DNA of 64,000 nt from an uncultured Alphaproteobacteria bacterium. GTDB taxonomy: Bacteria; Pseudomonadota; Alphaproteobacteria; Bin95. The stretch lies in assembly GCA_963807085.1 (NCBI GenBank), contig CAWEBB010000022.1, positions 119,406 to 183,405 of the forward strand, read 5' to 3'. The number at the start of each line of letters is the position of its first letter. Position 1 is the stretch's first letter. Positions 10,708-20,445 of this stretch are shown piece by piece. Under the pieces are notes generated by a model that was not told the DNA's origin, did not search any database, and saw only the letters and a list, made by a program, of their open reading frames with translations. A program made the position numbers and the translations under genes.

Positions 10708-11409
10708 ATGATCTATCAACACCGCATTGTCATCGCCCGCAGCGGCAAGCTGGAGAAGCGCCACCAGGCTTTCCAGGAAACGGCGCTCGCCAAGCTGGAC
10801 GACCACGGCTCAAAGCTGATCGGCGCTTGGGAGGTGTACATTGGCGCGGAAGCGGGTTCGGCCGTTTGGCAATTGCGCCAGTTCGGCAGCCTGGCGGGAT
10901 GGGAGCGGCATCAGGACAAGGTCCGCGCCGATGCCGCTTTGGAAACCAGCCGGGCGGGCAAGCTCTACCCGCATCTGGATCAGGTAGACACCAGCATCCT
11001 GCGCTTGTCCGAGGTATCGCCGGCACTGCCGTTGGAATGGCCGGATTTCGATGCAGTGCGCGGCGGCGAGCGGGGCTGGATCGAGCAGCGCTTCCTGTCG
11101 TTCAAGCCCGGCAATCTGGAGGAGCATCAGGCGTTCTATGCTGAAAAAATGGCCGATGCGCTCGCCTATGAGGGGGCTGTGCTGCTCGGCCTGTTCGACA
11201 CGGTGATCGGGCAGGGCACCACCAACGGCAAGTCCCACCGCGCGGTTGAACTGCGCCGCTTCCCCGACCTCGCGAGCTGGCAGCGCTGGCGCGAGCGGCA
11301 GGATACGGACCGGGAACTGGCCGACCTTGTCAAAAGCCAGTGGCTGGGGCACGTGGAGCGGGTCGATAGCCAATTGTTGCGCCCGTTGGATTATAGCCGC
11401 ATACGGTAG
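10708..11409 (+). CDS. Tandem NIPSNAP-domain protein
   Basis: Two similar halves (KLIGAWEVYIG...LRQFGSLAGWER; VLLGLFDTVIG...LRRFPDLASWQR) ending SQLLRPLDYS. Confidence 0.7.
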   Translation: MIYQHRIVIARSGKLEKRHQAFQETALAKLDDHGSKLIGAWEVYIGAEAGSAVWQLRQFGSLAGWERHQDKVRADAALETSRAGKLYPHLDQVDTSILRLSEVSPALPLEWPDFDAVRGGERGWIEQRFLSFKPGNLEEHQAFYAEKMADALAYEGAVLLGLFDTVIGQGTTNGKSHRAVELRRFPDLASWQRWRERQDTDRELADLVKSQWLGHVERVDSQLLRPLDYSRIR

Positions 11410-11546
11410 AGGAGGATTGAACCCCTCCCGGCCCACTACCGCCGTCATTGCGAAGCGCCGCTGGCGCTGAATCTGTCCACCGGAGCCGGATGTGTCCAGT
11501 ATTGGTGGATAACCGCGGCATCCCTGCCTATCTAATCTGGGACCGC

Positions 11547-13060
11547 CTACGCGTTCGCCATCGCCGCCTTGCCGGCGGTTTCGCCTGCGATCTTGCCGAA
11601 CACCGCGCCCGCCATCAGGCCGGTGCCGCCCGGATAGTTGAACCAGAACAGTCCGCCGACCATCTCGCCCGCCGCATACAGCCCGGGGATCGGCAGTTCT
11701 TCGGTGTCCATCGCCTGGCCTTCGGTGTTGATGCGGATACCGCCAAAGGTGAAGGTGACGCCGCAGGTCGTCTGGTAGGCTTCGAACGGGGCTTCCTCGA
11801 TGGTGTTGGCCCAGTTGGTCTTGTTGATCGCCAATCCTTCGCGTGCACGCGCCCGTCCTTGACGTTCGGGTTGTAGGGGATGTCCTGGCGGACGGCGGCG
11901 TTGTATTCCTTGATCTCTTTCAGGAATTGCTTCGCGTCGACGCCTTCCAGCTTCTCCGCCAGCTCTTCCAGGGTGTCGGCCCTTACCTTGGTCACCTGGC
12001 GGATGCGATATTCGTCGCGCAAGGCCGGGATGATCTTGTTGTCGAACACCTGCCAAGCCATCTGGTGCGGCTGTTCCAGGATCACGCGGCCGTATTTGGC
12101 ATAGGTGTAGTTGCGGAAATCCGCGCCCTCGTCGACAAAGCGCTTGCCGTCGGCATTGATCATCACGCCCCAGGGGTAGGAGTGCTTCTGGAAGTTGTCG
12201 CCCACATCCAGATCGCCGAATTCTGGCGCGTTGTAGTCCCAGCCGACCGCGTGGCAGCCGCTCCAGTTACCAAAGGGCCGCGCGCCCGCCTCCAGCGCCA
12301 TCTGGATGCCGTCGCCGGTGTTGAAGCGGGTGCCGCGCACCTTCGCCAAATCCCAGCCGGGCCCCAGATAGCGGGTGCGCATTTCCGGGTTGGCCTGGAA
12401 GCCGCCCGCGGCCAGCACGACGGCGCGCGCCTGGATTTCGATGGTTTTGCCCTTGACCTCGCCCTCCTGGCGCAGCCGGACCTTGGCGCCGTGCACGCCG
12501 TCATCGTCATGGATCAATTCGGTCGCCCGGGCGCCGTACATCACCTTGATCTCGTTCTTGCCGCACGCCTCGGTCAGCGCATCGACCAGACCGGGGCCGC
12601 CGCCCCAGGCCGAGACGACCAGGCCGCCCCAGAACTTGAACTTCCCGTCGATCTTGAAGGCCTGCTTGCCGTAGATCGGCAGGAACCGGACGCCCTTACC
12701 CCGCATCCATTTCATGGTTTCGAGCGAACGCGTCACCAGCAGCTCGCACATGTCGGGGTCGGTCTTGTATTCGGTCAACCGGCCCATATCGTCGTAGAAT
12801 TCATCTTCGGTGTAGGTGCCGAAGTCGCTCATCGCGATCTCGTCGTCGGAAAGGTCGGGGCAGAGTTCGCGGACATCGTCGACGCCGTGAAAGACGGTGC
12901 GGATATTGCCGGCGGTGAAGCGCGAGTTGCCGCCGGATTCCTCTTCAGGCGCACGCTCCAATACGATCACATTGGCGCCCTGCTCCCGCGCTGACAATGC
13001 CGCGCACATAGCGGCATTGCCGCCGCCGATCACGAGCACATCTGTGGTGATATCAGCCAT
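11547..13060 (-). CDS. tcuA: FAD-dependent tricarballylate dehydrogenase TcuA-like flavoprotein, frameshifted near 11845
   Basis: DVLVIGGGNAAMCAALSARE, GGNSRFTAG, RGTRFNTGDG, RFVDEGADFRNYTYAKYGR; C-terminus TFTFGG...YAAGEMVGGLFWFNYPGGTGL in another frame. Confidence 0.85.
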
Positions 13061-13306
13061 TTTCGCACTTTTCCCAATTCCGAAGCGTCTCTTGCCCATC
13101 TTATAGCGGGGCGATCGGGCGCGCGTCGAGCCTCTGGGTTGGTCGATATCGCGGAGCCGTGTTTTCCGGCGCCCGTGTTCCGCTCGGCTGACCCGCGCTC
13201 GAAATTGTGCGATAGTTGCATCGCATTCGCACGCCGCGGCCCCCATATCGACCTGTATTGGCTGAAAAACGCGCAGCCGAGAAACCACATGGGAAAGGAC
13301 CCGAAG

Positions 13307-13516
13307 ATGTCGAATCATGTTTACTCGGTCGTCGAAATCGTCGGCACTTCCGAAACTTCGATCTCCGACGCCATCCAGACCGCCATTGCCAAGGCGTCGG
13401 AGACGCTGCGCCATCTGGAGTGGTTCGAAATTGGCTCCCTCCGCGGATGGGTCAAAGACGGCCAGGTCGGTCACTACCAGGTGACCTTGAAGCTGGGTTT
13501 GCGTTACGAGAAGTAA
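13307..13516 (+). CDS. Dodecin (flavin-binding protein)
   Basis: MSNHVYSVVEIVGTS...AIQTAIAKASETLRHLEWFEI...YQVTLKLGLR, 69 aa. Confidence 0.93.
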   Translation: MSNHVYSVVEIVGTSETSISDAIQTAIAKASETLRHLEWFEIGSLRGWVKDGQVGHYQVTLKLGLRYEK

Positions 13517-13544
13517 CGGCTTTCCGTATCTCTCTGGGGGGTTT

Positions 13545-13590
13545 AGCCTTCTCCCAGGCCGCCGTTGTGTTGAAGGCCTGGGAGAAGGCT
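13545..13590. terminator. Probable bidirectional terminator hairpin
   Basis: 16-bp perfect inverted repeat AGCCTTCTCCCAGGCC / GGCCTGGGAGAAGGCT between convergent dodecin and hydratase genes. Confidence 0.65.
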
Positions 13591-13610
13591 TTACGTTCAA
13601 GAATGCGGCG

Positions 13611-14444
13611 CTATTCGGCAGCCTTCTTGGCTGGCTGGGACTGCGCAAGGGCTTCCCAGTCGAATATCGCAGGCTCTTTCTCGCGGAAGCGCCGGACGGC
13701 TTCCATATGATATTCGCTGGTCTGGGCGATGGCTTGCCCCATGGCCTCAAATTCCAGCAGCGTCTTGTGATCGTGGTTGAATGACTGGTTCAGGATGTTC
13801 TTGGCGATGCCAATCGCGGTGCTGGACGCGTGGCGGAAGCGGCCGGCAAATTCCCGCGCTTCATCCATGGCCGTGTCCTGGCCGACGATCCTGTATACCA
13901 AACCCAGTTCCTTTGCCTCTTCGGCCCGCACCTTGCGAGCGGTGAATACCAGGTCCTTCGCGGTTTGCAGTCCGACCAGGCGCGGCAGCACGAAGAAGCC
14001 GCTCCAGTCCGGCACCAGACCGATGCGGCCGAAGGCCTGCATGAACATCGCGCGCGGCGTGGCCAGCACGAAATCCGCCGCCAGCGCCATGTTGGCGCCG
14101 GCGCCCGCCGCGGGGCCGTCGACCAGCGCGATTACCGGCAACTCGATATTCATCAGTTCCATCATGCGGTTGTGACTGGATTGCATCCGGGTGCGGTTCG
14201 GCGCTGCGCGCTTGTCGCGCTGACCCATCGCCTTCACGTCGCCGCCCGCGCAGAACGCGCCGCCCGCACCGGTGAGAATAATCGCCTTGACCGTGTCGCC
14301 CGCCCCTTCGCGGCAGATGCGGAGCGCGTCGCCGACCTCCTCCCGCATTTCGAGGGAGAGGGCATTTTTCGCCTCCGGCCGGTTTAGTGTGATGGTGGCG
14401 ATTTCGTCGGTGACGTCGAACTGTGTGTGTACGTAGTCTGACAT
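13611..14444 (-). CDS. Enoyl-CoA hydratase/isomerase family protein
   Basis: ITLNRPEAKNAL, LTGAGGAFCAGGD, DGPAAGAG, FGRIGLVPD. Confidence 0.92.
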   Translation of the reverse strand: MSDYVHTQFDVTDEIATITLNRPEAKNALSLEMREEVGDALRICREGAGDTVKAIILTGAGGAFCAGGDVKAMGQRDKRAAPNRTRMQSSHNRMMELMNIELPVIALVDGPAAGAGANMALAADFVLATPRAMFMQAFGRIGLVPDWSGFFVLPRLVGLQTAKDLVFTARKVRAEEAKELGLVYRIVGQDTAMDEAREFAGRFRHASSTAIGIAKNILNQSFNHDHKTLLEFEAMGQAIAQTSEYHMEAVRRFREKEPAIFDWEALAQSQPAKKAAE

Positions 14445-14670
14445 TCGGGCATTCCTTTCTGGCACGGTTTGGGCCACCATCGCTTTCCGGCGCGACAAAG
14501 GCAAGAAAAGGTGACGCGATGACGACGCGCGCGGGCGTTCTGCCGGTTTCGCTCTCAGGACGAGACACTCCCTCAGCAACTCACCAGCAGACCCCTGTTG
14601 TGCGGCATGGCTTTGAGTAAAACTGTATGCCAATTGAGGAAATCATTGATTGTCAGTGTGTGAACGCCCC

Positions 14671-14700
14671 TTGCGGCACATGCTTGTACGCGAATATAGT
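14671..14700 (+). promoter_or_regulatory. Putative sigma70-type promoter of dctP copy 1
   Basis: TTGCGG-N18-TATAGT; same motif and spacing upstream of all three dctP copies. Confidence 0.6.
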
Positions 14701-14761
14701 TCAAGTGCTGCGCCCTGTAATATCAGGGTAAGCCAATGTAAAGAGCATTTGGAGGATTACG

Positions 14762-15820
14762 ATGCAGAGGATTTTGATTGGCGCGGCAACCGCCGCGTTT
14801 GCGCTGATGGGCGCCCAGATGACCAGCGCGCTAGCCGCCGATACGGTTGATGGGCCGCGTGTTCACTGGAACTATTCCGGCTGGGGCAAACCGCGCGCCT
14901 CCAGCACCATGTACATGAATCTCGGCAAGTATCTGGAGGAGCGTACGGGCGGCAAGTTCACGGTGACGGTCCATTTCGGCACCCTCTCCAAGCCGCGGGC
15001 GGTGCTGGATGGGCTGAGCCTCGGCGCGTTCGAGTCCGGCTCCTTCTGCGCCAGTTATTACCCGGCCAAACTGCCGGCGCATACCGGGCTCGACCTGCCG
15101 TTCCTGCCGATCAGCACCTTCGAAGCGTTGAAGGACGTGACCGAAGGCTACTATAATGACGAGGTGTTGCGGGCCGAGGCAGAGAAGTGGAACAGCACCT
15201 ACTTCGCCAGCGCGCTGCTGCCGCTCTACGAGGTCGTCGGCCGGGGCGAGCCGCCAACGAGCCTGGACGACTGGAAGGGCCTGCGCATTCGTGCGCTCGG
15301 TCAGCAGGGCAAGGCAATGGAGCAACTGGGCGCCGTTCCAACCTCTGTGCCCGCTCCCGACGTCTATACTTCGATGGACCGTGGCCTGCTCGACGCCGTC
15401 GGCTTCGCTTACTATGCCCACGAGAGCTATCGCACTTACGAGCTGGCCGACTGGTTCACCAGCGGTCTGGACATCAGTTCCATCGCCTGCGGTATCATGT
15501 TCAACACTAATGCCTTGAACGAGCTGCCGCAGCAGTACAAGGATCTGTTGTGGGAGTTCAAAAACTCCGACATGGGTTACCCGGCGCAGATAGCGGCCTA
15601 TGAGGAGACCGAAGTCGAGGTGCCGAAAATGTTCGAGCGCGAAGGCCTGACCAAAGTCACCATCGGCAAGGAAGAGCGTCAGGCGTTCAAGAAGGTTGGC
15701 GGCGAGCCGATCTGGGGGGCGTGGGTCGAGCAGATGAGCAACGAGTACGGCTATGACGGTCAGGCGTTGCTGGACGAAATTCTGGCACTGGCCGAGAAAT
15801 ACGACAGCGCCCAGCGCTGA
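14762..15820 (+). CDS. dctP: TRAP transporter substrate-binding protein, copy 1
   Basis: Signal peptide; ERTGGKFTV, DLPFL, DDWKGLRIRALG, LGAVPTSVPAPDVYTSMDRGLLD. Confidence 0.92.
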   Translation: MQRILIGAATAAFALMGAQMTSALAADTVDGPRVHWNYSGWGKPRASSTMYMNLGKYLEERTGGKFTVTVHFGTLSKPRAVLDGLSLGAFESGSFCASYYPAKLPAHTGLDLPFLPISTFEALKDVTEGYYNDEVLRAEAEKWNSTYFASALLPLYEVVGRGEPPTSLDDWKGLRIRALGQQGKAMEQLGAVPTSVPAPDVYTSMDRGLLDAVGFAYYAHESYRTYELADWFTSGLDISSIACGIMFNTNALNELPQQYKDLLWEFKNSDMGYPAQIAAYEETEVEVPKMFEREGLTKVTIGKEERQAFKKVGGEPIWGAWVEQMSNEYGYDGQALLDEILALAEKYDSAQR

Positions 15821-15902
15821 GCGTGATCGCCGTTCCCCGTGCTGTTATTCATCGGCCGCACCGGGAACGGCCCTTTCGGCGTGGCCCCTAGCGCAAAGCC
15901 TC

Positions 15903-15932
15903 TTGCGGTCAGGCGCGCTATCTGATTATCGT
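15903..15932 (+). promoter_or_regulatory. Putative sigma70-type promoter of dctP copy 2
   Basis: TTGCGG-N18-TATCGT. Confidence 0.55.
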
Positions 15933-15989
15933 CCGGTGCCGCGCCGCCTCTAGAATGCGCGTATAGAAACTACTTTGATGAGGATCTTT

Positions 15990-17048
15990 ATGCGCAGACT
16001 TTTAACTGGCGCGGCTGCGGCCGTGTTTGCACTGACGAGTGCCGTGGCCTCTACGACCCAAGCGGCAGACGTTATCGACGGGCCACGTGTGCATTGGAAT
16101 TACTCCGAATGGGGCAAGTCCCGGGCAATTACGGTGCTACAAGAGAATTTGGGTCCGTGGCTGAGCGAGCGGACGGGCGGCAAGTTCACGGTGCAAGTGC
16201 ATTGGGGTACGCTGTCGGACCCGCGCTCCGTGTTGGACGGCCTAAGCCTGGGCGCGTTCCAGGCCGGTTCGTTCTGTGCCAGCTATTATCCGGCCAAGCT
16301 TGCATCGCACACGGGGCTCGACCTGCCGTTCTTGCCGATCTCGACGCTGGAGCAGTTGCGCCACGTGACCGAGGACTATTACGCCGATCCGGTGCCGACG
16401 GCGGAAGCCAAGAAGTGGAACAGCCGCTTCTACCAAGCCGCCTTGTTGCCGCTCTATGAAGTGGTTGGCAAGGGCACTCCGCTCAAATCGCTCGATGACT
16501 GGAAGGGCCTGCGCATTCGCGCGCTTGGCCCGCAGGGCGATGCTATGGAGAAGCTGGGCGCCGTCCCGACCAGCGTGCCGGCGCCGGACGTCTACGTGTC
16601 CATGGACCGAGGTTTGATCGACGCCGCGGCCTTTGCCTACTACGCCCATCAAAGCTATCGGACATGGGAAGTCGGCAACTGGTTCACCCGCAATCTGGCG
16701 CTCGGTTCTATCGCTTGCGGCGGCATGATCAATCTCGATGCCTATAACCGCCTGCCCGATGAATATAAGAAACTGCTGGCGGAATTTCTGGAGAGCGACA
16801 AAGGTTACACGGCCCAGTATGCCAGTCTCTACGCCGCAGAGGAGCGGGCGCCTGAAGATTTCAAAAAGGCCGGCCTGACCGAAGTGGTGATCCAACCGGA
16901 AGAGCGTGCGCAGTTCGAGGAGATCGCCGGCAAGCCGGTCTGGAATGATTGGGCAGCGCAGATGACGGACGAATACGGCTATGAGGGCCAACGGCTGTTG
17001 GACAAGATCCTGACGCTCGCCAAAGAGTACGAAGGCGTCGAACACTGA
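15990..17048 (+). CDS. dctP: TRAP transporter substrate-binding protein, copy 2
   Basis: Colinear paralog of copies 1 and 3 with the same motifs. Confidence 0.92.
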   Translation: MRRLLTGAAAAVFALTSAVASTTQAADVIDGPRVHWNYSEWGKSRAITVLQENLGPWLSERTGGKFTVQVHWGTLSDPRSVLDGLSLGAFQAGSFCASYYPAKLASHTGLDLPFLPISTLEQLRHVTEDYYADPVPTAEAKKWNSRFYQAALLPLYEVVGKGTPLKSLDDWKGLRIRALGPQGDAMEKLGAVPTSVPAPDVYVSMDRGLIDAAAFAYYAHQSYRTWEVGNWFTRNLALGSIACGGMINLDAYNRLPDEYKKLLAEFLESDKGYTAQYASLYAAEERAPEDFKKAGLTEVVIQPEERAQFEEIAGKPVWNDWAAQMTDEYGYEGQRLLDKILTLAKEYEGVEH

Positions 17049-17100
17049 TCATGTCTCCGTTCCCCATGCGACGCACCGGCCGCCGCATGGGGAAGCGCCC

Positions 17101-17130
17101 TTGCGGCCAAGTTCGTCATCTGATTATAGT
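17101..17130 (+). promoter_or_regulatory. Putative sigma70-type promoter of dctP copy 3
   Basis: TTGCGG-N18-TATAGT. Confidence 0.6.
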
Positions 17131-17187
17131 CCGGCCCCGCGCCTGCCGTTAACGGCGCGGAGAACAATAATCTTGTGGAGGACCGCT

Positions 17188-18237
17188 ATGCGGAGAGTTT
17201 TGATTGGCGCGGCAGCTGCCGCATTCACGCTGACGGGTGTGTCGGTGAGCGCAGTGCAGGCGGCAGATACGGTCGACGGCCCGCGCGTTCACTGGAACTA
17301 TTCCGGCTGGGGCAAGCCGCGCGCTTCGAGCGTGATCTATCAGAATTTCGGTAAGTATTTGGATGAGCACAGCGGCGGAAAGTTTACCGTCACCGTGCAT
17401 TGGGGCACGCTGTCCAAGCCGCGTGCGGTGCTGGATGGCCTGAGCCTGGGGGCGTTCGAATCCGGCACCTTTTGCGCCAGCTACTATCCCGCCAAACTGC
17501 CGGCGCACACGGGCCTCGATCTGCCGTTTCTGCCGATTTCATCCCTGGAAGGCCTCCGGGATGTAACGGAAGAGTATTATGCCGACCCCGTGCTGAAGGA
17601 CGAAGTGGCGAAGTGGAACAGCATGTACTACGCCAGCTCGATTCTGCCGCTGTACGAGGTAGTGGGCAAGGGCGAGCCGCCCAAATCCCTCGATGATTGG
17701 AAGGGTATGCGGATCCGCGCACTGGGTCAGCAGGGCAAGGCGATGGCCAAGCTGGGCGCGGTGCCGACCAGCGTGCCTGCTCCCGACGTCTACACCTCAA
17801 TGGATCGTGGACTGCTGGATGCTGCGGCGTTTGCCTATTATTCGCATGACAGCTACCGCACCTATGAACTGGGCGATTGGTACACTACCAACCTGGCGAT
17901 GGGCTCGATCGCTTGCGGCATGCTGTTCAATATCGACGCCTATGAGCGCCTGCCGCAGCAATACAAGGACCTGATCGCAGAATACAAGGCATCGGATCAG
18001 GCCTATCCGGCTCAGATAGCAGCTTATGAGAAAAGCAATATCGAAGTGCCGAAGAAATTTGAGGACCACGGCTTGACCCCGGTCACGTTCACCAAAGAAC
18101 AACGCGCAGAGTTCGAAAAGGTCGGCGGCGAGCCCATCTGGCACGATTGGGCGGCGCAGATGACCGACGATTACGGCTATGACGGCGGGGCCCTACTGAA
18201 CATACTTCTGGCGGCGGCCAAGAAAACGAACCAATAA
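17188..18237 (+). CDS. dctP: TRAP transporter substrate-binding protein, copy 3
   Basis: Colinear paralog; GGAGG RBS before ATG at 17188. Confidence 0.92.
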   Translation: MRRVLIGAAAAAFTLTGVSVSAVQAADTVDGPRVHWNYSGWGKPRASSVIYQNFGKYLDEHSGGKFTVTVHWGTLSKPRAVLDGLSLGAFESGTFCASYYPAKLPAHTGLDLPFLPISSLEGLRDVTEEYYADPVLKDEVAKWNSMYYASSILPLYEVVGKGEPPKSLDDWKGMRIRALGQQGKAMAKLGAVPTSVPAPDVYTSMDRGLLDAAAFAYYSHDSYRTYELGDWYTTNLAMGSIACGMLFNIDAYERLPQQYKDLIAEYKASDQAYPAQIAAYEKSNIEVPKKFEDHGLTPVTFTKEQRAEFEKVGGEPIWHDWAAQMTDDYGYDGGALLNILLAAAKKTNQ

Positions 18238-18332
18238 CGGATTTCAAATATTCGGCTGGATTAATGCGCGATAACAGCGTTGTCCGGCCGAAATTTGTTT
18301 GCTCTGCCAAACTGTAGGGAGGAACTTTCTTT

Positions 18333-18998
18333 ATGACCACCGTCGGTGCGCCGCCTGATTCAGTCCTTTATAAGATAGATCAAGCCTATCACGCGTTGGA
18401 AAAGGCCCTGAATTATGTTGCCGGAATCTTCTTGTTTTCGCTGATGCTTCTGGCTTGCGCCGAAGTCGTCGCGCGCAAACTTTTTAACTCGCCGATCCAC
18501 GGCCAGGCAGATCTTGTTGAAATCGCCATCCCCACCATGGGCTTCTTCGGGCTGGCCTATTGCCAGCGCATGGCCGGCCACGTGCGGATGGAGATCTTGA
18601 TTACTCACCTGAAGGGCCGGGCGCACTGGTTGTTCGAGTTTGTCAGCAATCTGGCGACGATTCTGATCTGCGCCTTGATGATTTACGGTACCTACGCTCA
18701 TTTCCTGCGCGCCTATGAGTTCGGCGACAGCACCATGGATGTGGAACTGCCCATCTGGCCGCCGAAACTGATTATCGTGCTGGGATTTTGCATTCTGTTC
18801 GGCCGTCTGATCATTTCATTTTTTGGCTATATCCAGATGCTGCGCAATCCGGATGGGCCGGTCTATGCCGTGCCGCTATCGCCTGCCATCGAAGAGATCG
18901 CCGAGGCTGAGGCGAAAGCTGCCCGGGACGCAATATCGGATGAGGACGTCGAAGAAGAGCTCCACCGGGACGACCGGTTTAGGGGGGGGCGCCGCTAG
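18333..18998 (+). CDS. dctQ: TRAP transporter small permease
   Basis: Four hydrophobic segments, EVVARKLFNSPI, GHVRMEI. Confidence 0.9.
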   Translation: MTTVGAPPDSVLYKIDQAYHALEKALNYVAGIFLFSLMLLACAEVVARKLFNSPIHGQADLVEIAIPTMGFFGLAYCQRMAGHVRMEILITHLKGRAHWLFEFVSNLATILICALMIYGTYAHFLRAYEFGDSTMDVELPIWPPKLIIVLGFCILFGRLIISFFGYIQMLRNPDGPVYAVPLSPAIEEIAEAEAKAARDAISDEDVEEELHRDDRFRGGRR

Positions 18999-20363
18999 AT
19001 GCTGATCGAACCGTTAACTCTTGGTATTACGGGCCTCTGCCTTCTGGCCGTGCTGGTCGTCATCGGCATGCATGTTGCCTATGCCGGCGCGTTGATCGGG
19101 CTGTTGGGCTTGGTTATGTCCATTGGCATCACCAGGGTACCGGCTGATACTGGTACGTGGTGGGACGCCTTTGTGGCCGGTTTCGAGCCCGGCATTGGCA
19201 TTGCCGGCATCGTGCCATTTGCTGAGCTGGCGCACTATTCGCTCAGCGTGCTGCCCATGTTCATCCTGATAGGCTACCTGGCATTTCACGCCCGTCTGAC
19301 ACAGGGCGCGTTCTATTCCATGCGCATGTGGTTTGGTGGCATGACGGGCGGCCTGGCCGTGGCAACGGTTTTCGCAACCGCGGCTTTCGCTGCTGTCTCC
19401 GGTGCCTCGACCGCGACGGCGGCCGTGTTCAGCCGTATCGCCATCCCGGAGATGCTTCGCTACGGCTACAAACCGGGCTTCGCGGCCGGCGTGGTGGCTG
19501 CGGGCGGCACGCTCGCCTCTTTGATTCCGCCCTCCGGCATTCTCGTGATCTATGCGATCATCGTGGAAGAGTCGGTCGGCCGCCTGCTGCTGGCGGGCTT
19601 CATCCCTGGCGTCCTTTCGGCGATCATCTATGCGGGGTCTATCTGGCTGCGGGTGAAGCTGAAGCCAGAATTGGCCGGCCCGTCTGTCAAGGCGGATTGG
19701 ATTACGAAGTTCAAGTCGCTCGGCCAGATGTGGGGCATCATTGCGGTGGTCTGCATCATCATGGGTGGCATTTACACCGGATGGATGACTCCCACGGAAT
19801 CTGGTGCGGTCGGTGCCTTTGTGATTTTCTGTTTGGCGCTGGCCCACGGCATGACCTGGAAGCAGTTTTTGCATGGTCTGACTGAGAGTGCCCGCACCAC
19901 GGTGATGATCATCACGATCATCTGGGGCATTTTGATTCTGGTCCGGTTCCTCGGCTTCTCGCAATTGCCGAGTGAGTTGGAGAGCATGATCCTGGCTCTG
20001 GACGTGAACCGTTACTGGGTCCTGTTGGCCATTCTGCTGATGTATGGTGTGCTCGGCATGTTCATGGATGCCATCGGCATGCTGCTGCTGACCTTGCCGC
20101 TGGTCCAGCCCATCGTACTGTCGCTGGGCTTTGATCCGGTCTGGTTCGGTATCATCGTGGTGAAGATGGTCGAGATTTGCCTGATCACACCGCCGATCGG
20201 CATGAACTGCTTTGTCGTGGCTGGTGTGCGGCCGGATATCCCGCTGTTGGATATCTTCAAAGGTATCTGGTGGTTCTTTATCTGCGACGTGCTGACGGTT
20301 GCGCTGTTCATCGCCTTCCCCGGCATTGTTCTGTTCCTGCCGAATACCATGTTTGGAAACTAG
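18999..20363 (+). CDS. dctM: TRAP transporter large permease
   Basis: LPMFILIG, FAAVSGAS, GGTLASLIPPS, TPTESGA, ITPPIGMN. Confidence 0.94.
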   Translation: MLIEPLTLGITGLCLLAVLVVIGMHVAYAGALIGLLGLVMSIGITRVPADTGTWWDAFVAGFEPGIGIAGIVPFAELAHYSLSVLPMFILIGYLAFHARLTQGAFYSMRMWFGGMTGGLAVATVFATAAFAAVSGASTATAAVFSRIAIPEMLRYGYKPGFAAGVVAAGGTLASLIPPSGILVIYAIIVEESVGRLLLAGFIPGVLSAIIYAGSIWLRVKLKPELAGPSVKADWITKFKSLGQMWGIIAVVCIIMGGIYTGWMTPTESGAVGAFVIFCLALAHGMTWKQFLHGLTESARTTVMIITIIWGILILVRFLGFSQLPSELESMILALDVNRYWVLLAILLMYGVLGMFMDAIGMLLLTLPLVQPIVLSLGFDPVWFGIIVVKMVEICLITPPIGMNCFVVAGVRPDIPLLDIFKGIWWFFICDVLTVALFIAFPGIVLFLPNTMFGN

Positions 20364-20418
20364 AGCATCTTAGGTTTGGAGCAGACTCATCCGATCCATT
20401 CGGGCCGGGATCTGCTCC
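20360..20418 (+). repeat. Internally deleted copy of the CTAG-bounded palindromic repeat at the dctM stop codon
   Basis: CTAGAGCAT joined to CTTAGGTTTGGAGCAGACTCATCCGATCCATTCGGGCCGGGATCTGCTCC; matches both ends of 56922-57039. Confidence 0.7.
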
Positions 20419-20445
20419 TCCAACCAGCCTGAAGGAGTATCGCTC

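Noticed and set aside
11441-11520. DnaA-box-like TTATCCACC and a REP-like GTCATTGCGA hairpin
   Set aside because: Single imperfect instances between convergent genes; no second copy found in the window
11615-13750. 711-aa ORF as an extended TcuA
   Set aside because: The extension is antisense to dodecin; the Rossmann motif begins right after ATG 13060
14460-14475. Possible sigma54 promoter TGGCAC-N5-GGGC
   Set aside because: Lacks the TT of TTGC, and a better repeated sigma70-like motif lies closer to dctP
14762-18237. dctP triplication as an assembly artefact
   Set aside because: Copies differ at many amino-acid and synonymous positions and all frames are intact
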